This document shows positions 17,826-26,518 of a stretch of 64,000 nucleotides of DNA, piece after piece; the stretch's first letter is position 1; every line of letters begins with the position of its first letter. The notes beneath the pieces are model-generated. The model made no database searches and was not told where the DNA came from. It saw only the letters and a program-made list of their open reading frames with translations. The DNA is from Lunatimonas sp. GTDB taxonomy: Bacteria > Bacteroidota > Bacteroidia > Cytophagales > Cyclobacteriaceae. Made by a program: the position numbers and the translations under genes. The stretch is taken from positions 12,692 through 76,691 of the forward strand of contig NZ_JAFIEU010000022.1 in NCBI RefSeq assembly GCF_020832325.1. Reading direction: 5' to 3'.

Positions 17826-18373
17826 AGGATAGCCAATGCGTTTAGTACTAAAAGAAGCGTGGGAAGAAATTCCCTCAGACCCATCCGTAGGGACTTGAGC
17901 GCTTTGCCCATATGAGCTTCCACCGTTTTGATGGATATATCCAAACGCTCGGCAATTTCGTGGTATTTGAGCTCTTCAAATCGGCTGAGGTGAAAAACGT
18001 ACCGACACTTTTCGGGGAGGTCATCCAAGACTGCCTGGATTCGCTGCATCAGCTCGGACTCCTGTCCGGGGGTTTGTCCGTACGGCCCCGATGAAAGGGA
18101 GTTTTTCTGATCCTGAAGGCTGTTTTCCATATGCCGCTGGCGTACTTTCTGGTGTTTTAGGACATTGAGACTGTCGTAGTAAACGGATTTATAGAGATAG
18201 GATTTCACCGATACGGTAATCTGTAGCTCCGTTCGTTTTTCCCATAATTTCAGAAAAACGGTCTGTACTACCTCCTCAGCGGCTTCTGAATCCTTTAAGA
18301 TCGTTGTGGCATAGGCATGTAGTGCACCAAAGTGTGCCTTAAAGCTAGCTTCAAAGGCTTGCTCATCCAACAT
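17813..18373 (-). CDS. ECF (sigma-70 family) RNA polymerase sigma factor
   Basis: 'FKAHFGALHAYATTILKDSEAAEEVVQTVFLKLWEK' is region 2, and 'CRYVFHLSRFEELKYHEIAERLDISIKTVEAHMGKALKSLR' is the region 4 HTH. The start is set at ATG 18373; the track ORF extends to 18472. Confidence 0.85.
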   Translation of the reverse strand: MLDEQAFEASFKAHFGALHAYATTILKDSEAAEEVVQTVFLKLWEKRTELQITVSVKSYLYKSVYYDSLNVLKHQKVRQRHMENSLQDQKNSLSSGPYGQTPGQESELMQRIQAVLDDLPEKCRYVFHLSRFEELKYHEIAERLDISIKTVEAHMGKALKSLRMGLREFLPTLLLVLNALAILWKL

Positions 18374-18500
18374 AGATACCGGTCTCGGGTCGTATGGACT
18401 GTTTTCTTCCAAGGTATTTTGCTTTAGCTGCCCAAAGGGGTACGCTTCCTTCAGAGATGTGCAAAGATGCATGAAAGGTACGTTTTTTTAGTTCTCAAGG

Positions 18501-19634
18501 CTACAAGATAAACTGAACACCGATGGTCATACCTAAATCTACGGAGTGTTCCGCTCTGTAGCCTGTCCTACTCCACAGGGATATACTACCGCTGTCAAAG
18601 CTACGGGACGTCTTCACATGGGTATAGCTGAGGCTTGGGCCTCCATATACCTGTAGCCGCTTGCCAAGCAAAACGGCAGGCAGCAGCCGTATACCGGTTT
18701 TGGAAAATTCGCTCCCTGCGAAGTTGGTGCTGTAGAGGTTACTTACCTCCGCATCTAGCCGGAACGCCCCTTGCCGTGCCAACGTAATGCCTAACCCTGC
18801 CTCTATGGCAACCGATAGATCCGGGTGCTGTAAGCTTGTGCCCAAGCCGATGATGCCGTATGTTTTTCGGCCCCCGGACCGAAAGCTTGCCACAGTGGTG
18901 AGGTTTTCATCGATGCTCCACCCGAGGCGCTTTTCTCCGTTTTTTATGAGATTGAGGATGCCTATGGGATGCGCGCTGCTATCTGCGATATTGATGAGAC
19001 CCGCGATTTGGACACCTTTTACCGTTCCGGCCCGATTGATCAACCCAGAGATTTGACTGCCGTGTACCTGATCTGCGACATTCAGCAGGCCACCAATCTG
19101 CACACCCTGAATGGCGTCTGCATAGTTGGCTATGCCTGCCGCCTGTAGGCCATCTACCTTGGTGGCCACGTTGACCAATCCGGCGATTTGCGAAGCTTCC
19201 ACAGAATCGGTATGATTGTAGATGCCCGATACCTGTACCGTGGACTGTCCCCGGTTGATACTGGCAATCCCGCTTAGTTGTGTGCAGGAAGTACAGGTAC
19301 CTGCCAGGCTGGATATTCCAGAAACCTGTACACCGCGGAGATTCCCCTGGGAGAGATTCACCAAGCCTGCAATCTGTACGCCGGCAGCATCCCCCTTTAC
19401 CAGCCCCGTGAGGCCGTAGGCAGCAAATCCGGACTCGCCCCCGGATACACCGGTTAAGGCGTGCAAGCTAAACCGATTGATGTATCTCGGCGACATCGTG
19501 CCCTGGGTACTGAGCGGATAGAGCAAACCAATATGTGCCGGTTGGGTATCCTGTGCCCATAAGGCAGTACCTGCAAGGACCTGTTGGAGAAGTTGGATAC
19601 CCACAAAAAGAAAGAGGATATAGTGCTTTTGCAT
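18501..19634 (-). CDS. repeat-array outer-membrane protein, short paralogue of 15041..16783 (no STN/CarboxypepD_reg part)
   Basis: It has the signal peptide 'MQKHYILFLFVGIQLLQQVLAGTALWAQ'. It carries the same repeat type, and its junction 'GLINIADSSAHPIGILNLIKNGEKRL' is nearly identical to 'GLINIADSSAYPIGLVNWVKTGSKSL' in the longer paralogue. A beta-rich C-terminus follows. Confidence 0.7.
   Translation of the reverse strand: MQKHYILFLFVGIQLLQQVLAGTALWAQDTQPAHIGLLYPLSTQGTMSPRYINRFSLHALTGVSGGESGFAAYGLTGLVKGDAAGVQIAGLVNLSQGNLRGVQVSGISSLAGTCTSCTQLSGIASINRGQSTVQVSGIYNHTDSVEASQIAGLVNVATKVDGLQAAGIANYADAIQGVQIGGLLNVADQVHGSQISGLINRAGTVKGVQIAGLINIADSSAHPIGILNLIKNGEKRLGWSIDENLTTVASFRSGGRKTYGIIGLGTSLQHPDLSVAIEAGLGITLARQGAFRLDAEVSNLYSTNFAGSEFSKTGIRLLPAVLLGKRLQVYGGPSLSYTHVKTSRSFDSGSISLWSRTGYRAEHSVDLGMTIGVQFIL
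18951..19472 (-). repeat. intragenic tandem array of GxQ[VI][AS]G[IL]xN repeats (second copy)
   Basis: 'GVQIAGLVNLSQGNLR GVQVSGISSLAGTCTSCT QLSGIASINRGQST VQVSGIYNHTDSVEAS QIAGLVNVATKVD GLQAAGIANYADAIQ GVQIGGLLNVADQVH GSQISGLINRAGTVK GVQIAGLINIADSSAH PIGILN'. Confidence 0.85.
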
Positions 19635-19690
19635 GTCTTGAAAATGTTTCCGTTTCCTTCATGACATGCATGGCGGGATTTACCCTTAGT

Positions 19691-20317
19691 TTACTTTTCG
19701 AAATTAGTAATTTTTTTACCAAGGTCAAGCAGTTGGCGAAGTACCCCCAGGTCTTCGGCCGTGTCCACATCGCGCAATACTGGCAACAGACCACATGTCA
19801 GGCCCAATTCTTTTGCCCGGCGCAGGGTATCACTGCAAACCGAGGAGGTGCTCCATGGAATTTCTGTAAACAAATGGGGGGTGGGTTTGGTCAATCCCAG
19901 CAGGTAATAGCCGCCATCCTGGGCGGGACCTATCACCAAGTCTTTGTGGGCAAGCTCGACGAATGCCTGCCGCAGAATTTCAGAGGATAGCTCGTAGCAA
20001 TCCGTACCGATAATCATTACCCGCTCGTAGCCGAGTGTAAGAACCTTGACAAAAGCAGCGTTCATGCGGGCACCCAAGTCTATACCCTGTTGCCTGTGAA
20101 AATAGTAATTAGGTGGCGGCGATGAAGAATCGTCGCTGCATGCGCCGGTCACAAAAACATGAATATCGGCCGAGAGGCTTTCCAGCACACGGTGGGTATG
20201 CCGAAGCAAAAATTTATATACACGCAAGGCATCTTCCTCACCGATATCTACTGCGAGGCGGGTTTTCACTTTTCCGTGCTCGGGAGTCCGCTGAAAGACA
20301 ATCACGGCTTGCTTCAT
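19691..20317 (-). CDS. DUF2064 / TIGR04282-type glycosyltransferase-like protein
   Basis: 'AVIVFQRTPEHGKVKTRLA' plus 'VMIIGTDCYELS' and 'GPAQDGGYYLLGL' match the nucleotide-diphospho-sugar-transferase-like DUF2064 pattern as I recall it. Confidence 0.65.
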   Translation of the reverse strand: MKQAVIVFQRTPEHGKVKTRLAVDIGEEDALRVYKFLLRHTHRVLESLSADIHVFVTGACSDDSSSPPPNYYFHRQQGIDLGARMNAAFVKVLTLGYERVMIIGTDCYELSSEILRQAFVELAHKDLVIGPAQDGGYYLLGLTKPTPHLFTEIPWSTSSVCSDTLRRAKELGLTCGLLPVLRDVDTAEDLGVLRQLLDLGKKITNFEK

Positions 20318-20460
20318 GGGGCAAAGTTACAGAAAATTGAACAAATCGGATAGGGTGTCACACTTACTGTGAAAACCTGCCGATGATTCGGTGCTTACTC
20401 ATTTCATACCTGGGCAAAAAAAACCGGGACCAGTTGCTTGGTCCCGGAAGGGTAAGTTTG

Positions 20461-20901
20461 CTAGGAGTTTCCGCGTGGTCCTCCCCGTCTCGGACCGTTT
20501 TCAACGCCTCGCTTTCGGTGCATGGGCTGTCCGCCCCGTCTATCTCCACCTCGGTCTCTCCAAGCGTCTGCGCGATCTTTGCGCTGCTGCATCATTTCTT
20601 CCCATTTCTCTCTTTGCTGTGGAGTCAGGACAGCAGAGATTTGCCCTTGATGGGCTTCCCGATTGGCCTGCATCTCTTTCCGCATTTCCTCCATCCGCTG
20701 TTTCCGGGCGGTTGCGTGTTGCAGTTGGATCTCATAAACCTGCTGTTTTTGCGCATCTTGCAGTTCGAGTTTCTCAGCCAGTTGGCTGGCCATTCGTTCG
20801 GCCATCTTCTCGGGAGTTCTTTCCGGTCTGTTTCCCTGCTGGGCATAGCTTTGCACGATGAATCCCAGACTTAGTGCGTATATGATCAATACCTTTTTCA
20901 T
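20461..20901 (-). CDS. periplasmic Spy/CpxP-like (LTxxQ) helical protein with Arg/Gly-rich tail
   Basis: It has the signal peptide 'MKKVLIIYALSLGFIVQSYAQ', helical Q/E/K/R-rich repeats, and the LTxxQ motif 'LTPQQREKW'. The C-terminus is 'RDRGGDRRGGQPMHRKRGVENGPRRGGPRGNS'. Confidence 0.55.
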   Translation of the reverse strand: MKKVLIIYALSLGFIVQSYAQQGNRPERTPEKMAERMASQLAEKLELQDAQKQQVYEIQLQHATARKQRMEEMRKEMQANREAHQGQISAVLTPQQREKWEEMMQQRKDRADAWRDRGGDRRGGQPMHRKRGVENGPRRGGPRGNS

Positions 20902-21119
20902 GATTTCTTTTGTTTAAGGGTCTTCGTTTATTTCCTCCTTGCACAACCGGGCCCTGATCGGCAAGTAGTATGGATTCCTTTATTGAATCTACTACTTAGA
21001 CTAGCGCAATGACCATTGGTTTAACGCCCGGATGGAAGTAAGATGTTAAGAAATCTTAATTTGAAGACATATGATCTGTAGCATGTATCCTATCCATAGG
21101 ATCCTTCATTAATACCAAA

Positions 21120-22043
21120 CTACCCCAAGGGGATATACTGACTCAAATAATTTCTAGCGGTCAGAATGGCCATACGGACATCTTCGGGGGATTTTTCAAA
21201 GGCCTTATCTTCCACTTCGATGCAGCAGGCACCCCGATACCCTACATCGGTCAGGGCAGCGATGAAACGACCCCAATTGACATCTCCGAGTCCGGGGATT
21301 TTGGGGGAGTGGTACTCCAAGGGATTGGCCAAAATGCCTACCCGATCCAGCTTTTCCTTGTAAACCTTTACATCTTTCAAATGGATGTGGTGAAGCCGCT
21401 CCTTGTAGTCATAGATGGGTCGGATGGGATCCATCTGCATCCAAACCAAGTGAGAAGGGTCGTAATTCAAGCCAAAATGGGCGTCGGGAATAATGGTAAA
21501 TAGTTGATCCCAAACCGCTGGGGAAATCGCCAGGTTTTTGCCTCCCGGCCACTCGTCGTTGGTGAAAAACATGGGGCAGTTTTCAATGGCCACCTTAACC
21601 CCCAGATCACCGGCATGCTTTACAATTTCCGGAAAACGCTCGGCAAACATAGCCAAGTTGTCGGGGATATTTCGCGAGGGGTTTCGGCCCACAAAGGTGT
21701 TCATCACTGGAATGCCCAGTTTGGCAGCAGCGGTAATCACCTTTTTGATGTGTTCGATGGCCAGTGCGGCCTTTTCCTCATCAGGATCCATGGGATTGGG
21801 GTAATATCCCAGTCCGGAGATGAAGACTTTTTTATTGCGCTGTACGGCCTGAATATGGGCGATAGCCTCTTCGTCCAAGGTATCCACGTCGACATGGGTG
21901 ACTCCAGCATACCGTCGCTCAGCCTTCCCTTTGGGCCAACACATCATCTCCACGCAGCCAAAACCCTGCTCGGAGGCAAAATCCATTACTTCTTCAAAAC
22001 TTTTATCCGCCAGAATGGCGCTAACAAATCCCAACTTTAACAT
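21120..22043 (-). CDS. sugar phosphate isomerase/epimerase (xylose-isomerase-like TIM barrel)
   Basis: 'GFGCVEM', 'VAIENCP', 'GLNYDPSHLVWMQ', 'HIHLKD' and 'CIEVED' are the typical metal-ligand pattern of AP-endonuclease-2/TIM-barrel isomerases. Confidence 0.8.
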   Translation of the reverse strand: MLKLGFVSAILADKSFEEVMDFASEQGFGCVEMMCWPKGKAERRYAGVTHVDVDTLDEEAIAHIQAVQRNKKVFISGLGYYPNPMDPDEEKAALAIEHIKKVITAAAKLGIPVMNTFVGRNPSRNIPDNLAMFAERFPEIVKHAGDLGVKVAIENCPMFFTNDEWPGGKNLAISPAVWDQLFTIIPDAHFGLNYDPSHLVWMQMDPIRPIYDYKERLHHIHLKDVKVYKEKLDRVGILANPLEYHSPKIPGLGDVNWGRFIAALTDVGYRGACCIEVEDKAFEKSPEDVRMAILTARNYLSQYIPLG

Positions 22044-22149
22044 AGGTAATTCTTGTTTTCTCTCGTATTAGTAGTAGCTAAAATTAAGGAAATATCGGCT
22101 AGCAGCCCAGAAACGCCCTACTTTTTTAAGGTATTTGGATTGGCTCGGT

Positions 22150-22809
22150 TTATAGCTCCCACGCTTCCAGTCTGTAGGCCGAATCCCAGAACATCCATTC
22201 AAGCCTCGTGGCCATCAAGAACGCCTCGGTCATCTCGACCAGTCTAGCCGACGGGGCCAGCTCCGCCAGCTCGTCTGAAATGGCCAGTGCTTTCCTCACC
22301 GAGGTGGCAAAGGCCTCACCCGCATAGGTGTCGATCCACTCCCGATACGGATTATTCCCACTAGCATCCTGATGGGCGAAGATATGGTCACCCACCTTTT
22401 GATAGATCCAAAAACAGGGCAACACAGCCGCCACTGCTTCCTCTACCGGTGCGATCGCTGCCTTGGACAGCAAGTAGCTGGTATACAGCATGCAGGTGGG
22501 CGAGGGCTGTATGCCTTTCTCATCCACTCCAAAAGTCTTGAAGTAACCGGTATGCAAGGCACGCTCGACCACAATAGCCCCGGAAGCAAACTCGCTGAAA
22601 GCCAGTGTATGCTCCCTTTCGGTAAGCCTCCCCCCTATAATGGCCAATGCTCTTCCAAATTCTCTTAGGTAAAAGGCATCCTGTGCCATGTAAAACTTGA
22701 ATTTTTCTAAGGGCAACGTACCTTTCATCAGCTCCTGATTAAAGGGCATGGCGAGTATTTTTTCATAAAGCGGAGCTGCCTGCTCCCAAGCCCTAGCTGT
22801 CCAACTCAT
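22150..22809 (-). CDS. tenA: thiaminase II / aminopyrimidine aminohydrolase
   Basis: 'PFNQELMKGTLPLEKFKFYMAQDAFYL' and 'PTCMLYTSYL' are TenA hallmarks. It is the last gene of the thi operon and overlaps thiD by 17 bp. Confidence 0.85.
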   Translation of the reverse strand: MSWTARAWEQAAPLYEKILAMPFNQELMKGTLPLEKFKFYMAQDAFYLREFGRALAIIGGRLTEREHTLAFSEFASGAIVVERALHTGYFKTFGVDEKGIQPSPTCMLYTSYLLSKAAIAPVEEAVAAVLPCFWIYQKVGDHIFAHQDASGNNPYREWIDTYAGEAFATSVRKALAISDELAELAPSARLVEMTEAFLMATRLEWMFWDSAYRLEAWEL

Positions 22810-23626
22810 AACTAGTCAATTTGATAGGTGTGTGAAAATGATTTAATGGCCCTTGGCCCCTTCCGGTGACCACGTCCTTTCCGGCATACAAGGCCTGCCA
22901 GACGTATTCCGAAGCCTGGGCCACTGCTAGCTCCAAATCGGCTCCTAGGGCCAACTCCACTGCAATAGCAGAGGAAAGGGTACAGCCGGTACCATGCCCG
23001 TTTTGGGTCTGGATAAAAGGTTTCTCAAACAGCCGGTGCCGATTATATCCCCAGAGCAATAGGTCAGCGGCCACCTCGCCCTTGAGGTGACCTCCCTTCA
23101 CCAATACCCCGTTTGCTCCCTGATCAAAAATATCTAAAGCAGCCTCCAGCAATTCGTTCTTCTCCCGAATAGGTCGTTTGATCAACAAAGCCGCCTCATC
23201 CAAATTTGGCGTGACTAGTGCTGCGCGGGGAAAAAGCAAGTCAACCAACGTCGACACCGTTTCCTTGGCGATCAGTCTGTCACCACTGGTAGCCACCATC
23301 ACTGGATCCAGCACTACAGGTATATCCGGATAAGCATCCAGGCAATCGGCTACCAGCTGCACAACCGCCGGCCGATCTAACATCCCAATCTTGATCGCAT
23401 CCGGCAGAATATCCTCCATCACCGCATCCAACTGGGCCTTGATCACGTCAATGGGTATGGGGTGGATAGCTCTTACTCCTACCGTATTTTGCGCAGTCAC
23501 CGCGGTGATCACCGACGTTGCGTAGCAGCCTAGCGCGGAAATCGTCTTTATGTCCGCTTGTATACCTGCGCCGCCTCCACTATCGGAGCCGGCGATAGTC
23601 AAAACGCTTTTATATCTCTTTACCAT
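22793..23626 (-). CDS. thiD: hydroxymethylpyrimidine/phosphomethylpyrimidine kinase
   Basis: 'VLTIAGSDSGGGAGIQADIKT' and 'VLDPVMVATSGD' are present, together with 'HGTGCTLSSAIA'. Confidence 0.9.
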   Translation of the reverse strand: MVKRYKSVLTIAGSDSGGGAGIQADIKTISALGCYATSVITAVTAQNTVGVRAIHPIPIDVIKAQLDAVMEDILPDAIKIGMLDRPAVVQLVADCLDAYPDIPVVLDPVMVATSGDRLIAKETVSTLVDLLFPRAALVTPNLDEAALLIKRPIREKNELLEAALDIFDQGANGVLVKGGHLKGEVAADLLLWGYNRHRLFEKPFIQTQNGHGTGCTLSSAIAVELALGADLELAVAQASEYVWQALYAGKDVVTGRGQGPLNHFHTPIKLTSYELDS

Positions 23627-24274
23627 TTACAATTCGTTAATTCCTTTTTCGATCTCACGTAAAAATGATTCGGCGGCCTTTGCCGGACTCTCGGCACTGC
23701 AAATGCCTGACACCACGGCGAGACAATCTGCCCCATGGGCCATTACACTGGCTGCATTGGATGTTTTGATATTGCCGATGGCCACCAGTGGCTTGGCCGT
23801 GTGATTTCTTAACCAGCGCAGTCCTTCCAAACCCCACGCATCGTAGGTATCCGGCTTGGTTGGGGTAGGATAAATGGGACTTACCCCAAAGTACCAAGCC
23901 TCATCTGCACCCGGTTCGGTTAGATTTTCTTTGCGGTCTAGCGAAAGACCGATGGGCAAATGGGATCCCAGACGCTGCATCGCCAGCTCCACAGGGAGGT
24001 CCTGCTGACCCAAATGCAGTCCGTGAGCACCAATCACCCGAACAACATCTGCCGCGTCGTTGATAATAAGGGGGACCCCGTACTTCTCGCAGATCTCTTT
24101 GGTGCGCAGTGCCTTTTCAACAAAGGACTGCACGCCCAGACTTTTCTCCCGGAGCTGAACCAACTGCACGCCACCTTTCAACGACTCCTCCAACACCCAG
24201 AAAAAATCCCTGCCCAAGCACGCTGCCTCGTCCGTTACCAGGTAAAGTCTGTAGGGAAAATCAGGATGTTGCAT
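23627..24274 (-). CDS. thiE: thiamine-phosphate synthase
   Basis: 'LYLVTDE', 'VQLVQLREK', 'PLIINDAADV', 'GAHGLHLGQQD' and 'LVAIGNI' are present. Confidence 0.9.
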   Translation of the reverse strand: MQHPDFPYRLYLVTDEAACLGRDFFWVLEESLKGGVQLVQLREKSLGVQSFVEKALRTKEICEKYGVPLIINDAADVVRVIGAHGLHLGQQDLPVELAMQRLGSHLPIGLSLDRKENLTEPGADEAWYFGVSPIYPTPTKPDTYDAWGLEGLRWLRNHTAKPLVAIGNIKTSNAASVMAHGADCLAVVSGICSAESPAKAAESFLREIEKGINEL

Positions 24275-25052
24275 TTCGGGTAACCTTGGCCATGTCTACC
24301 AATTGCTTGTCGGTTAAGGAAAATAAGGCATCGTAAAAATGCATTTGCAGACTACCGGGACCAGCCGCCTCTTGCGCAGCTAGCTCTCCGGCTACGCCCA
24401 TAACGGTCATGGCAGCCAAGGTGGCCTCAAAGGGATCCTTTTCTACCCCCAGAAAGGCCCCTACCATCACCGAGGCGGTGCAGCCCATACCGGTAATCTT
24501 CGGCATCCACTCATGACCGTTTCCGACACTTGCCACGCGGGTAGCATCCATGATATAATCCGTTGCGCCGGAAATACATACCACGCAGCCCAATTGGGTC
24601 GCCAGCTGCTTCCCCGCCTCCAAGGCTTCTTCGGACTGATTGGCGCTATCTACACCACGGGAGGCAACGGCCACGTTAGCAAGAGAAAGAATCTCGGAGG
24701 CATTTCCGCGTATTACCGTCGGCTTAAATCCGATCAAGTGCCGCAGTGTTTCGTTGCGGTAAGGCGTGGCTCCAGCACCTACTGGGTCTAGTACCCAAGG
24801 CTTCCCCAGTTCCAGGGCTCGCTGTGAGGCAAGCGCCATGCTTTCCACCCAATATTCATCCAGCGTTCCTATGTTCACCACCAACGCATGAACGATGTGT
24901 ACCATATCGGCCACCTCCTTCTGGGCATGGGCCATAATGGGGGACGCACCGATAGCCAGCAACGCATTGGCCGTGTTGTTCATCACCACGTAATTGGTAA
25001 TGCTGTGCACCAAGGGTGCGGTTTCGCGTAATTTTTCAAGTTGGTTGTTCAT
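24261..25052 (-). CDS. thiM: hydroxyethylthiazole kinase
   Basis: 'PLVHSITNYVVMNNTANALLAIGASPIMAHA' and 'WVLDPVGAGAT' are present. It is the first gene after the TPP riboswitch and overlaps thiE by 14 bp. Confidence 0.9.
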   Translation of the reverse strand: MNNQLEKLRETAPLVHSITNYVVMNNTANALLAIGASPIMAHAQKEVADMVHIVHALVVNIGTLDEYWVESMALASQRALELGKPWVLDPVGAGATPYRNETLRHLIGFKPTVIRGNASEILSLANVAVASRGVDSANQSEEALEAGKQLATQLGCVVCISGATDYIMDATRVASVGNGHEWMPKITGMGCTASVMVGAFLGVEKDPFEATLAAMTVMGVAGELAAQEAAGPGSLQMHFYDALFSLTDKQLVDMAKVTRNATS

Positions 25053-25107
25053 CAGCTCCTGAGATAAGGTTAAAAAACTTTAGGAGCTGCCCATCACATG
25101 GAGGCAG

Positions 25108-25186
25108 AAACTTTTTCCTTCGCCGGCATGACCCGTGTCAGGTTCAAAGGGTATGATCTCAGCCCCGGTTTGGGACACCCCTAAAG
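25108..25186 (-). promoter_or_regulatory. TPP (THI-box) riboswitch aptamer
   Basis: The minus strand reads 'uaGGGGUGUCCcaaaccGGGGCUGAGAucauACCCUUUGAACCUGAcaCGGGUcAUGCCGGCGAAGGAAaaag'. This contains the conserved GGGGUG...CUGAGA...ACCCUUUGAACCUGA...AUGCCGGCG...AGG core. Downstream, 'gcagcuccu' (25082-25090) can pair with 'aggagcug' just before the thiM AUG. Confidence 0.9.
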
Positions 25187-25219
25187 CTTATAATTTGAAG
25201 GATAAAGTTAACGGAAATC

Positions 25220-26374
25220 TTACAATTTACAAAGTATCTCCCCGGCCCTATCCAACATGTCGTCGTCTTTTGCGAAGCAAAACCGCAGCAACTTATCGTC
25301 TCTCCGGTCTTGATAAAAAACCGAAACGGGAATGGAAGCAACTTTGATTTCTTTGGTCAATCGAACGGCCAAATCATAATCGTGCTCCTCTGTGATCTTT
25401 TCGTAGGATACTATCTGAAAAAAACTACCCTTAGAGGGTTGAAACGTAAACCGGGATGCCGCTATCGCTGCGTTGAAGCGATCCCTTTTTCGTTGGTAAA
25501 AAGCTGAAAGCTCCTCGTAGTGCTCCGGGAACTTTAAAAAGTCTGCAAGCGCATATTGTAGCGGTGTCGGTGTGCTAAAAGTGATAAACTGATGGATCCT
25601 CCGAAACTCGGCCGACAGAGATTTGGGGGCCAGGCAATAACCAATCTTCCACCCCGTGACGTGGTACGTTTTACCAAAGGATCCGCACACAAAACTACGC
25701 TCCTTCAAAACCGGATGGGTCATCATGGAATGGTGCTTCTCCCCATCAAAGACGATGTGTTCATACACTTCATCGCTAACGATGTAAATCTCCCTGTCTT
25801 GGACCAAATTGGCCAATTGATCCAGATCCTGTCTACTGAAGACCGTTCCCACGGGGTTGTGCGGCGTGTTGACCATAATCGCCTTGGTTTTATCGGTGAT
25901 TTTTGCCCGAACCTCCTCCCAGTCTATCTGAAAATCCGGTGCTTGTAAACGGATATACACCGGAACACCTCCGCTTAGGTCAATCGCCGGGCGGTAACTG
26001 TCGTAGGCCGGTTCAAAGAGAATCACCTCATCCCCAGGCTGAACCACGGCAGTAACGGCACAGAAAATCGCCTCAGTAGCACCGGACACGATGGTCACCT
26101 CCTCCTCGGGATGATAATCTACACCATATACCCGGGAGGTCTTTTCTGCGAGTTGCTCCTTGAGGGCGGGGACCCCACTCATCGGAGCGTACTGATTGAA
26201 GCCCCTGCGCATGTAATCGGCCACCAAATCGGTCAATTGGGGTGCACAGTCGAAACTAGGGAAGCCCTGCGATAGGTTAAGTGCTTTTTCATCGGTCGCG
26301 AGCTTGGACATCACCGTAAAAATGGTTGTGCCCGCATAGGGGAGTTTAGAGGGGATCTCTTTGTTTGTAATCAT
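25220..26374 (-). CDS. class I/II PLP-dependent aminotransferase (methionine-aminotransferase-like)
   Basis: 'LNLSQGFPSFD', 'NQYAPMSGVPALKE', 'NTPHNPVG' and 'SFGKTYHVTGWKIGY' (PLP Lys) are present. The start is set at ATG 26374 ('MITNKEIPSKL'). Confidence 0.85.
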   Translation of the reverse strand: MITNKEIPSKLPYAGTTIFTVMSKLATDEKALNLSQGFPSFDCAPQLTDLVADYMRRGFNQYAPMSGVPALKEQLAEKTSRVYGVDYHPEEEVTIVSGATEAIFCAVTAVVQPGDEVILFEPAYDSYRPAIDLSGGVPVYIRLQAPDFQIDWEEVRAKITDKTKAIMVNTPHNPVGTVFSRQDLDQLANLVQDREIYIVSDEVYEHIVFDGEKHHSMMTHPVLKERSFVCGSFGKTYHVTGWKIGYCLAPKSLSAEFRRIHQFITFSTPTPLQYALADFLKFPEHYEELSAFYQRKRDRFNAAIAASRFTFQPSKGSFFQIVSYEKITEEHDYDLAVRLTKEIKVASIPVSVFYQDRRDDKLLRFCFAKDDDMLDRAGEILCKL

Positions 26375-26518
26375 AGATAGGAGTAAATGGAAGCTGTCCC
26401 TCAGGCCAGAAGGAACCTTTTGGGACAGCATACCCTTTTGCTTAGGTATAAAACCAACATAGAACAGGTGGCCAGAGTTTAAAACAAAACCGGGCCTAGG
26501 AAGCCGAAATGGCGGTGG

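Noticed and set aside
15491-19472. Periodic DNA repeats that could be mistaken for a CRISPR or VNTR array.
   Set aside because: The periodicity is at the protein level (~48 nt units, diverged in DNA) inside two long ORFs. There is no direct-repeat/spacer structure and there are no cas genes.
20383-20874. Two long plus-strand ORFs (163 and 156 aa) overlapping the Spy/CpxP-like gene.
   Set aside because: Only the minus-strand frame yields a signal peptide and an LTxxQ helical protein. The plus-strand frames are Ser/Pro/Leu/Arg-rich, as expected for the complement of a Q/E/R/K-rich gene.
21504-22040. A 178-aa plus-strand ORF antisense to the sugar phosphate isomerase/epimerase gene.
   Set aside because: The minus-strand product carries the full TIM-barrel metal-ligand pattern. 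The plus-strand product is featureless.
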